From the NCBI GenBank assembly GCA_963796965.1, contig CAWCNS010000004.1, positions 704,001 to 768,000 of the forward strand: a stretch of 64,000 bases of DNA, in the 5' to 3' direction. Under the pieces are notes generated by a model. That model did no database searches, had not been told where the DNA came from, and worked only from the letters and a program-made list of their open reading frames with translations. A program made the translations under genes and the position numbers. This DNA is from Calditrichia bacterium. GTDB lineage: Bacteria; Calditrichota; Calditrichia; JAJRVZ01. Shown here piece after piece: positions 32,722-43,000 of the stretch; within the stretch, counting starts at the first letter, position 1, and each line of letters starts with the position of its first letter.

Positions 32722-33004
32722 ATTTTTTACCCTTAAGGAGCCCCAGCGGCTCTTTTTTTTTGCCTTGCTTATCGCTCTTCCGGTGTACATTATTTCTCCT
32801 CTTTAGGTAACTCTTATAGTCAAATACAGTAAGGAAAAATAAAGTTTGAGAGGCCTGTGACCCCTGTCACGCTAATTGTGTGCGGCAAATCAGATTTGTA
32901 AGAAAAAGTAGTGTGTAGAGGGTAGAGAGTTGAGAGTAGCGCGTATTGACTCATCCTTGTTGGGATTAGAAGAGAGAAAAGAGAGGAGAGAGGAGTGAGA
33001 AAAT

Positions 33005-33410
33005 TTCAAGGAAAAAGTAAAAAGGAAAAAGTAAAAAAGCGCCGGCAAAATATAAAAATCATAAATGTCCCGATGTAATCTATAAGCAGAAAAGGAGAAT
33101 GGTGAGGACTTGGAGGATTGGAAAAGAAAACATCAAGAGTAGGTAAATTTCTTTTTTCTTCAAAAGTTGAATTATAGAATAAATTTGTTCGCCTGAATAA
33201 TTCACCACAGAGAGCATTAAGTATTTATAAATATAATAATAACAAATATATAAATTGAAATTCAAATCAGATTCAATTAATTATAAAAATGAAATAAATA
33301 TAAGATAACATTAATAAAAACAAATATATATATCTGTGGTCTCTGTGGTTTATGAATAGATTAGGTTAAATTAAAAGTATGAAAAAATTCTTAATAGTCT
33401 TAATAAACCT
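33005..33410 (+). repeat. Direct repeat copy 1 (copy 2 at 37333-37561), interrupted by a 178-bp insertion
   Basis: 33044-33160 is identical to 37373-37489 (117 bp); 33368-33410 matches 37519-37561 at 38/43. Confidence 0.9.
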
Positions 33411-33680
33411 TTGCGTCTGCGCGTCTTTGCGAGAGATGAATTATCCAGGCTATATATTTATTCTGATAATTCTTTTTCACGCACAATAAACAATACTTTT
33501 CTTTGCGTTCTTAGCGAACTCAGCGTTTAATAAATATTCTGAATTTTAATTACATCACAGAATTTTCAAAGTTGAATGCATCCCCTCCATGGTATATCTC
33601 CCCTATTAATCCGAGGTAGTGTAAAAAATAACCACGGAGTGCCGGGATGAATGAACCTCTTATGCACAAGAAATTCTTGT

Positions 33681-33721
33681 CAAATTATTGGCACTATTAT
33701 TGATTTGCTGCCAATAATTTG
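33681..33721. promoter_or_regulatory. Inverted-repeat operator upstream of the AbiE module
   Basis: caaattattggca-N15-tgccaataatttg, perfect 13-bp arms. Confidence 0.65.
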
Positions 33722-33730
33722 GTACCTTAA

Positions 33731-34489
33731 AAAATCAAATCAATAAAATTAAAAATAGAGCGTATAAAAGAAAAGTTTACCGACAACAAAATCATCTTAA
33801 CGGATGATTTATACAGATTTTATCAATCAGAAGAACCGAAAATAAATAAATCTACCGTTAATTGGCGGATTTACGAGTTGGTCCAAAACGGAATACTTCA
33901 ACGTATTGGCAAAGGGAAGTTTGTTGTTGGCAAATCCATTCATTATTTACCTGAAATTTCAAATAAAGAAATAAAAATAAATAATGTTATAAAAAAAGAA
34001 TTTCCATTCATCAAATATTGTATCTGGAATTCATCAATTCTGAGTGAATTTTTGCAACACCAATCATCATTCCAGTTTATAGTGGTTGAAGTAGAAAAAG
34101 ATGCGCTTGAGTCTGTGTTCTATTCACTTAAAGATAATTATGATTCAACTTTTAAAAAGCCTGCCAAACAAATGGTTGAAGAATTTGTCTTTACCCGGCA
34201 AAACAGTATTATTATCAATTCCTATATTTCAGAAGCGCCGATTCAATCCATCAAAAATGTTCCAACTTCATCTCTTGAAAAACTGTTAGTCGATTTGTAC
34301 TGTGATAAAAACCTTTTCTACTTTTTACAGGGATATGAACTGGTTAATATTTATAAAAACGCTTTTGATAAATATACTGTCAATAAAAGTAAACTGTTTA
34401 GATATGCCGACAGGCGAGGAATGAAAATAAAAATTAATAAATTTATTAAATTCTATAATTCGGCAGTAAAGCAAAATAAGTGCCAATAA
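33731..34489 (+). CDS. Putative AbiEi-type antitoxin (winged-helix N-terminus); start uncertain
   Basis: Frame open from 33731 (STVNWRIYELVQNGILQRIGKGKF), LEKLLVDL, RYADRRG; directly upstream of the AbiEii gene. Confidence 0.7.
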   Translation, partial: KIKSIKLKIERIKEKFTDNKIILTDDLYRFYQSEEPKINKSTVNWRIYELVQNGILQRIGKGKFVVGKSIHYLPEISNKEIKINNVIKKEFPFIKYCIWNSSILSEFLQHQSSFQFIVVEVEKDALESVFYSLKDNYDSTFKKPAKQMVEEFVFTRQNSIIINSYISEAPIQSIKNVPTSSLEKLLVDLYCDKNLFYFLQGYELVNIYKNAFDKYTVNKSKLFRYADRRGMKIKINKFIKFYNSAVKQNKCQ

Positions 34490-34497
34490 TTTGAATA

Positions 34498-35549
34498 ATG
34501 ATATCAGATAAAACATTAAATCTTGACTGGATAAAGTCCGTCTCCAGGAAGAACCGGAACGCGGATAAAATTTTAATCGAAAAGGTTATTCGAGCTCTAT
34601 TACTGTTGGAAGGATTGGCCGAAAGCGGAATGGATTTTATTTTTAAAGGTGGTACAGCTCTGATGCTGCTTCAAGGTTCAACTAAAAGATTGTCCATCGA
34701 TATAGATATTGTCTCACCAAAGAAAGCTGAATTGGAACCGCTTTTTACAGATTTTCTGGCAAGAAAAAACTTTATCAGGTTTGAATTTCAGAATCGGGAA
34801 TCAAACTCTTCCATAGAGAAAGAGCATTATAAATTTTATTATCAACCCGTGTTTAAAACAGCTCAGGCAGAAGAATATATCCTGCTCGATATTCTAATCG
34901 AAAAATCCCTATATATAAATATAATTTCAATCGATATTGATTCATCCTTTGTGCAACAGGATAATGTCCCAGTAAAAATTAATGTACCGAGTTTTGAAGA
35001 TATGCTGGGTGATAAGTTAACCGCTTTTGCACCAAACACCACCGGAATTCCTTATGAAAAAAATGGACACGCTAAATCGATGGAAATTATCAAACAGCTT
35101 TATGATATTGGTAATCTGTTTGATAATATTGAGAATATTGAAATCATTCGGGATACGTTTAAACGGTTTGCCTTAAAAGAATTATCCTACCGAAATTTAG
35201 CACAAAATCAGAGTATAGTTTTAAAAGATATCTTCGAGACGGCATTGTGTATTTCAACCCGGGGGCTGGAGGGCAACGGGAATTTTACAGCACTACAAAA
35301 TGGTATTTCACAGATACGGGCCTTTATCTTCTCAGAAACATATCAGATTGAAAAGCTATCGTACACGCAGCTAAAGCGGGTTATCTCTCCAAACTTATTG
35401 AATTGAATAGGGACAGTTTGGAACGTTTTGAAAACGCTCTTCTGGTAAAGGACTGGACCATTGAGAAGCCCTTTATTACGCGCTTAAATCGATTGAAAAA
35501 ATCGAACCCGCAGGCATTTTTCTATTGGTACAAAACATTCGAACTTTAA
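34498..35549 (+). CDS. AbiEii/AbiGii nucleotidyltransferase toxin (frameshifted near 35355-35380)
   Basis: FKGGTAL, RLSIDIDI, GDKLTAF, KQLYD; shifted frame ends KSNPQAFFYWYKTFEL at 35549. Confidence 0.85.
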
Positions 35550-36090
35550 AAAAGAATTTCATTTAAATGACAAAGGAATTGAAAAACTGCATGAAGCATT
35601 GGCAAGAATTGTCAACGTTGAGTGCATCTGCTGTCAGCAAGGATTGATTGTAAGTAAGAAGTAGCCCCGATATGTATTATCCACTGCTAATTATGCAAAA
35701 CTGCCCGAACAAAACTTGATTTTTACTCCAATATACTTCACCTACAGCATGTTTAGAAATTAATCCCCCCTTGAAAGAATACCAGGGCAAGTTTATCTAA
35801 ACACGCATCTATAGAAATAAAGTCCCTTATATAAATTAACCACCGAGAACAGCGAAGGTAATTAATTGTAATAAAAACGCGGTGTTTCTCGGTGCTTTCG
35901 GTTTACTGCGTTTTACGTGGTGGTTGATCAAAAAAGATGGATGAAGTGAACTTGGATGGTTTACCATAGCGAGTGATTATGCGATGCTGAACAACTGCCG
36001 CTAGTGCAAGCAGCCGGATAGAATCCAATGTTATACCTACCACTTGTATTATTTTGTTAATTGAATTTGAAATAGATCTTCTGCAAAATA

Positions 36091-36378
36091 CTAATTCTCT
36101 ACAAGTCGAATTTCTAAATGATATCCAAGTGCCTCAGCATATTTCTTTAGTGTAGCAAGCGAAGGAGAATGTTTACCACTGGTTAATGATGATTCGAGTC
36201 GCGTAATTGCAGGTGGTTTTGTACCCATTCGTTCTGCGATATCTGCTTGAGTAAGTCCTGCTTTTTGACGAGCTGAAAGCATTGCGCGCAGAAAAGTAAA
36301 TTCTGGCTCTAATGCCTCGTACTCAGCTCTAACATTCTGTATATCTAAGGCTTTCTTTTTTAGTTTATCATGCCTCAT
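36091..36378 (-). CDS. HigA-like XRE HTH antitoxin
   Basis: ARQKAGLTQADIAERMGT..AITRLES..SPSLATLKKYAEALG. Confidence 0.9.
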   Translation of the reverse strand: MRHDKLKKKALDIQNVRAEYEALEPEFTFLRAMLSARQKAGLTQADIAERMGTKPPAITRLESSLTSGKHSPSLATLKKYAEALGYHLEIRLVEN

Positions 36379-36702
36379 GATTTTTCACCTCTTTCAGTCG
36401 TGAAAACGCAATTTTCAATTCCTTTTTTGGAATTTTTTGTGATTTTTTTATAAAAATATGGAGCATATAAACTTTGTTTCTTAATATAGTACAATAAAAA
36501 ACTCTCGCAATTCCTTCTTTACTTTTCACTCGGAGTCTCAAAAAGACCACCCTTTATAGACTTTTGTATGAGGTAAACCTAAATTAGGTCCAAATTCAAT
36601 CATCAAATCAGTTAAGCGCAAATACCTTGCAAGTAGTCCATCAGGTAAACTAAGAATAGATTCTTCGACATCTTCACTGTAATATTCAATGCTCCATTCC
36701 AT
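36368..36702 (-). CDS. RelE/HigB (Gp49-like) toxin, frameshift near 36548
   Basis: MEWSIEYYS...GLLARYLRLTDLMIEFGPNLGLPHTK then LRVKSKEGIARVFYC...FIKKSQKIP; taaca-N4-tgtta palindrome at 36713-36726 upstream. Confidence 0.85.
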
Positions 36703-36936
36703 GGATGGAATATAACATATTTGTTACATTGGATGCAAATTAAAAAAATGTAAAATTTATTTAGTTTCTCCCTCTCCTTTCAGGAGAGGGTCGGGGTGAG
36801 GTTCCATTATGACATTAAAGACAAACACTAATTATAACTCGGTGTTTCTCGCTGATTTCAGTTTACCGCGTTTTACGTGGTGGTTGATCAAAAATGATGC
36901 CAATAGAGAGGTGTACCTACTTCTTTTTTATCAACG

Positions 36937-37270
36937 AGGTGCTTACCGCTATTAAACAGAACCTGTTTCGGGAATGCCTGGTAATTCGTTACGGACTAAA
37001 GGGTGTAACCGTTACGTCCGTATCAATGACTCCCTTACGCTCGTAATGACAGACCTGTTACGGTCGTGACGATGCATCCCTTACGTTCGTGAGGAGCTGA
37101 GCTGTTACGGGCGTATGCCTTCACCTGTTACGACCGTAATGATTACCTCTTACGCCCTTAATGACCTCTGGCTTTCCTGCTTTAGGCCTGTGCCATATCG
37201 ATGTAAACGAACTCAGGATCTACTGTTAAAGGAACTCCGGATTTAACCCGAAACGACTTCCGGATCTAAC
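36937..37270. repeat. Degenerate 23-bp-period array with palindromic cores
   Basis: TTACG at 36989, 37012, 37035, 37058, 37081, 37105, 37128, 37150; TCCGGA-like cores at 37213, 37236, 37259. Confidence 0.8.
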
Positions 37271-37529
37271 CGTAATGTGCGCGCAATGATTCGTGACAGG
37301 GCAAGTTTATCTAAACACACGACACTAAGTTCTTCAAGTAAAAAGTTAAAAGGAAAAAGTAAAAAAAGTGCTGGCAAAATATAAAAATCATAAATGTCCC
37401 GATGTAATCTATAAGCAGAAAAGGAGAATGGTGAGGACTTGGAGGATTGGAAAAGAAAACATCAAGAGTAGGTAAATTTCTTTTTTCTTTATATGTTGAA
37501 CCATAAAATAAATTTGTTAGATTAAAAGT

Positions 37530-38156
37530 ATGAAAAAATTTGTAATAGTCTTGATAAGCCTGATTCTTTTATTTTTGTTGGCCTATTATATTAAGTCCCA
37601 ACTACGGATAAATGTTTTTGAATCTATTAGCTTTTCAAAATATTACCCTTTTAAATACCTTCAAGCAGATTCTTCTGTTGTTGTAAATCCTCAAGCAGGC
37701 GATTTATTAAGAGATACGTTTGAATTGCCACTTTGGAGCAATAGTAAATGGAATGATCTTTGGGCGAGGGAGAAGGATTTAGTTGAAAGCGTATATAGCA
37801 CAGATGGGGTGGATACTCAAAGTGCTTTTTGATTACAAGCAACAGCACCAAAGACTGGGCTTGCAGGCAATATAAAATGATTGAAGTCGAAACGGGGGAC
37901 CGGTTTGGATTTGAAGGAGAGATAAGAACGCAGGGTGATGCTAAGGTTATAGTGAAAGTTGTAACATACGATAAGGATATGAAGGTTATGAATTGGAATT
38001 ATGCAGCTTAAATCCGTGCATAGGGCAATAGAATGGGTCAAAGTGATAAATGAATTTGAGATTCCTCAAAACGTTAAATACATTCAATTTGGGTTAAGCG
38101 GATCCGGGAAAGGAAAGGTGTGGATTGATAATGTCGTTTTTAGTATGCTGCCGTAG
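37530..38156 (+). pseudogene. Membrane-anchored carbohydrate-binding-module-like protein, frameshifted
   Basis: N-terminal TM; pieces join to ...EFEIPQNVKYIQFGLSGSGKGKVWIDNV. Confidence 0.55.
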
Positions 38157-38492
38157 ATTTAAACACAAATTTGCCTGAATTACGCCCCAAACATAGACTT
38201 CCGCTGAATCCTTCTCTCTTCTCTCCCAAATGCTTTCACTGTAAAAAAGATTGATCAATCCCCTAAAGAGATCACCACGAAGATACACCAAATTAAAAAA
38301 ATGTAAATTTTATTTAGTTTCTCCCCATATTAATCTGTAGAATTCCTCGAGGCTCTGCCTCGGGGTTTCCTATTTCTCCCTCTCCTTTAGGAGAGGGTTG
38401 GGGAGAGGTAAATAAATGAAATTCTGTTTTTCGACATTTGTATCGAAATAAAACTGGCGAAATACCACGATAGGCATCGGGGATAGTCAGTT

Positions 38493-39648
38493 TTAAAGAA
38501 TTTCTTTAATGGGGGCGTGGGGATATAACGCTTCACGATTCTGAAATGATATAATATCTGGTTTTTGAATAACGCCGGCATCAATATTTATAGCCTGTCG
38601 AATGGTTTCATTTTGTTGCCAGCTCTCATACCCCGCTAACACAGTCGGCAAATGGACAATGAGAGCAGCAGAAATAGACCGCGAGGCACTTTCCCATAGA
38701 TAGCTTGGTGTATGATCCACGGCGTAATAATCTACCTTTCCAACTTTAAACATAGGATTTTTAAATGTGGTTGGTTTGGCAAAAAAGAATCCCATACCCT
38801 CGTCGCAACTGACGTCAATAATCAGGCAGCCTGGCTTGAGATAAGATATTTCATCTTCTGTCACAAAAAGGATGGGATGATCTGGTTCTTGTAGGGTTCC
38901 GTTCACGATGATTTCTGATTGGTTGATCAGATCAATCAATGGTTGTTCAGTTCCATCGTGCTCTACCACCAACATGCGCGCTTCACCTTCATTGCCTTCC
39001 CGAATACGGACATAGTCGACAATCAAGTACTTCCTCACGTACCTCGTGGTCGGGACGTTGAATGCAAATTGTGATATCTCTAAAGCCACGTGCTTTAAGG
39101 GCGTATATTGCGCCACGGCTGACCGCACCAAAACTAAAAATGATCACTTTGCGCTGGTTACCGTAGTGGCCGTCGATTCCTTTCAGTTGCAGGGCATGTA
39201 ATACCGCGCAATAGCCCGCCATTTCGTTGTTTTTATAAAAAGTGTGGCGGCCAATCTGTCCGTTAGGTCCCCAAACAAACATATCCTCAAAGGCGATAAG
39301 TGTCTGCTTGCGATCGATCGCAGCCTGAGTGTGCGACCTTTGCTGTACACAATGCGGATAGCCCCAAAGGATTCCACCCTCACGTAGTTCTTCAAAATCC
39401 GCTAACACTGGTTTGGCAAGGATGACATTCCCAATATTGGCCAGTAGTTCGTGGCGTGTGGCAACGCCACCTGACTGATCAGACATTTCTGAATCGGTAA
39501 TACCAAAAGGTGTTCCATAGCCTTCCTCAAATATCAGCTGACGACGAATTTGTTCGGGAAGGCGTATCAGATGTTCCGGATGGATTGGAATACGTCGCTC
39601 ATCCTCTTTTCTTGAAGTACCAATGACTCCAAATTTTAATTTATTCAT
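38493..39648 (-). CDS. N5-(carboxyethyl)ornithine synthase / alanine dehydrogenase-like (frameshift near 39015)
   Basis: SRKEDERRIPIHP, WGYPHCVQ, FYKNNEMAGY, SFGAVSRGA, IDVSCDEGMGF, YAVDHTPS. Confidence 0.85.
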
Positions 39649-40027
39649 ATAGTTTCCTTCTTTTTACGAAAACTTACTTTTGTGATTTTATCGAAGCATT
39701 TTCAAAGTCTAATATACGCGTTTTATATGATTATGCAATCTTTTCACAAAACGATGTTCTCAATCGCACATAATCCAATAATTATTAATTCGATGCTGTT
39801 TTTCTTTCTCTTATCTATATATCTTTCTAAATCATCCATCCTCTTCTCTCCTCTATTTACTCTCTACCCTCAACCCTCCACCTTCTACTTCGTCTGCTTT
39901 TCTGCTTTCTCGTATATCAATTCGATCTCATTCGTGGTCGATTTTATGTTTTTGAAATCATGGATGATTTCATCCCGGCAAGTTTTCCGGAGGAAAACGC
40001 TTTTGATGGGATAGCTTAGGTAGGTAT

Positions 40028-43000
40028 TTATTTAAGAAGCACGGCTTTTTTGACCTGAACAAAGTTTTTCTTTGAATCTAATCCCTCTGCTCTGAGACAA
40101 ATAAAATAGATGCCGCTGGGTAAATTTGATCCATCCCAACTCGTGATATAATTTCCGGCATTTTTTTCGGCGTCTACTAACACATCGCTGCGCTGACCAA
40201 GCAAATTATAAATCTCAATTTGAATATGGCTTTGTTCGGGAAGGCTATAGGTGATCGCTGTCGTTGGATTAAATGGATTGGGATAATTTTGCATTAGTGC
40301 ATAATCTTTTGGTTTTCCCATCGTGTAATCTTCAATTTTAGTGATTACACGGCTGTGCACAAGAATTGTATCCGTATCACTGGCCAGACTGTCATCCCTT
40401 ACGATACAAATTAATTCTGTCTCTCCGGAATAGTTTGGTGCGGAAAGGGTTAACAGCCCTGTTTTCGGATCATGTACGACAATCAAAGAATCATTTGTTA
40501 CCACAAAATTCCAGCGTAACGAATCACTATTTGAATCAATATCTGTTACATGATCTTTTAACACAAGTATTTTAGAAGAATCAGGATCCAGTTGTATCTC
40601 GTCCGGTAAGTTTACTATCTCTGGCGGATCGTTTAGGGGCGTAACCTGAATAAATAGATCGGTCGAGTCGCTTAAATGACCATCTGAGACTCTTATTTTC
40701 AAGGTATCTAAACCATACCAATTGTCTTTTGGGGTTATGATAAATGAATCGGATACCGCTAAAACGCTTAAATATTCACTGGAATTAAGTGAAAAAAACA
40801 GGGTGGAATCCGGGTTGTCTTCATCTGTAACAAAATCATACAAGTAGGTAAAATTTAGGTTTAATTTAAAATCTTCCTTACATAAAAGTCTGTCTAAGGT
40901 GATGATGATTGGCGGATCATTGATGTTCTCTACAATGAAAAGGACCGAATCGCTGTCGGAAAGTCCGGCTGAATCAGAGGCTGTAAATAGGATCGTCTCA
41001 TTGCCAAACCAGTTTGTATCGATGACAGTAATCGTCGCCACCCGGTTTTCGTCTATCAAAACGGTTAGATTTAACTGACCATTAGCGACCCAGTTTATCT
41101 GGTCGTCGTCATTGTCCGGATCATTCACAAAATCATCAAGCATAATCGGTTTAAATAAACTGTCTTCCACAATGGTTTGATCGGGAATGGGACTTATCTG
41201 GGGCTGATCATTAACCGGGTTTACCGTGCATGTTATCGAATCACTATCGGAAAGGCCTTCCGGATCGGTGGCCGTGAAAAGAAGGCTTTCAGTGCCGAAC
41301 CAATTTGAATCGATGGCAGTAATCGTGGCTACCCGCTGCTCGTCAATCACCACGTTCAGGTTTAATTGCCCACTAACTTTCCAGGTGATCTCTTCGTCGC
41401 TGTTGTCTAAATCGGTGACAAACGTATCAAGGGTGATAGATTCAAAAATTACACCTTCGTCTCTGGTCTGATCGGCGATATCATCGACAACCGGCGGATC
41501 ATTCATGTTCTCTACAATAAAAAGGACCGAATCGCTGTCGGAAAGTCCGGCTGAATCAGAGGCTGTAAATAGGATCGTCTCATTGCCAAACCAGTTTGTA
41601 TCGATGACAGTAATCGTTGCCACCCGGTTTTCGTCTATCAAAACGGTTAGATTTAACTGACCATTAGCGACCCAGTTTATCTGGTCGTCGTCATTGTCCG
41701 GATCATTCACAAAATCATCAAGCATAATCGGTTTAAATAAACTGTCTTCCACAATGGTTTGATCGGGAATAGGACTTATCTGGGGCTGATCATTAACCGG
41801 GTTTACCGTGCATGTTATTGAATCACTATCGGAAAGGCCTTCCGGATCGGTGGCCGTGAAAAGAAGGCTTTCAGTGCCGAACCAATTTGAATCGATGGCA
41901 GTAATCGTGGCTACCCGCTGCTCGTCAATCACCACGTTCAGGTTTAATTGCCCACTAACTTTCCAGGTGATCTCTTCGTCGCTGTTGTCTAAATCGGTGA
42001 CAAACGTATCAAGGGTGATAGATTCAAAAATTACACCTTCGTCTCTGGTCTGATCGGCGATATCATCGACAACCGGCGGATCATTGATGTTCTCTACAAT
42101 GAAAAGGACCGAATCGCTACCGGAAAGGCCTTCCGGATCGGTGGCGGTAAAAAGAATCGTTTCCTGACCAGCCCAGTTTGAATCATTAACACTTATTGTT
42201 GCCACCCGGTTGTCGTCAATAACAATGCTTAGATTTGACTGACCATTAGCGACCCAGTTCATTTGATCATCGGTATGATCCAAATCAATGACAAAATGAT
42301 CAAGCATCAGCGCATCAAAGGAAGTCCCTTCCATAATAGTCTGGCCGGGGATTTCATTAACGATTGGCGGATCATTACTCTCTCTATTGTCCCCCTTAAT
42401 TATTGAAAAATAATCTAATTGATTACCGCCATCGTCAAGAAAGACGGCATCGAGTTTGTTGAATTCAACTGATAAAACAAGAGAACCCAACTCAAAAAAT
42501 GAGGTAAATATGGCCGGATGATCCAACGTCCCATCAACGGTCACTTTGCCTGAACTTCCGACAACCGCATAAACGGTACCTTCATGGGCTCCATTCTTAA
42601 GAGAGGGCTTACGATAAGGACCATCACCATCCTTTCGTCCATCTCCATCGTCCAGGTACATCGCATCTGTTATTGAGTTAGATGAACCATAATGGCCGTT
42701 CATTAAAAAACTTCTTTCGTAGGAATGGCTGTGTCCTCCCAGCAGCAGATCAACACCGGCATCTTCTAGGATAGGAACAATTAATTCACGTACATCTATT
42801 AATTGCCCTTCCGTATCAGAATCATGAGATCCCTTTGAATAGGGTGGCATATGGCAATAGGCAATCGTCCAGATCTGATCATTGACCAGTAGATCTTGAT
42901 TTAACCAATCAAGCATTATATCATAATCACTGCTGGAAAAGTCGCAAGAGTTTAAACAAATGAAATGAATATTGGCATAATTGTATGAATAATACGCTTC

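Noticed and set aside
36937..37270. CRISPR array
   Set aside because: The period is only 23 bp with ~11-bp linkers, the repeats are degenerate, and no cas genes are in the window.
41226..42053. Two identical 81-aa plus-strand ORFs
   Set aside because: They are antisense shadows of the 582-bp duplication in the phosphatase gene.
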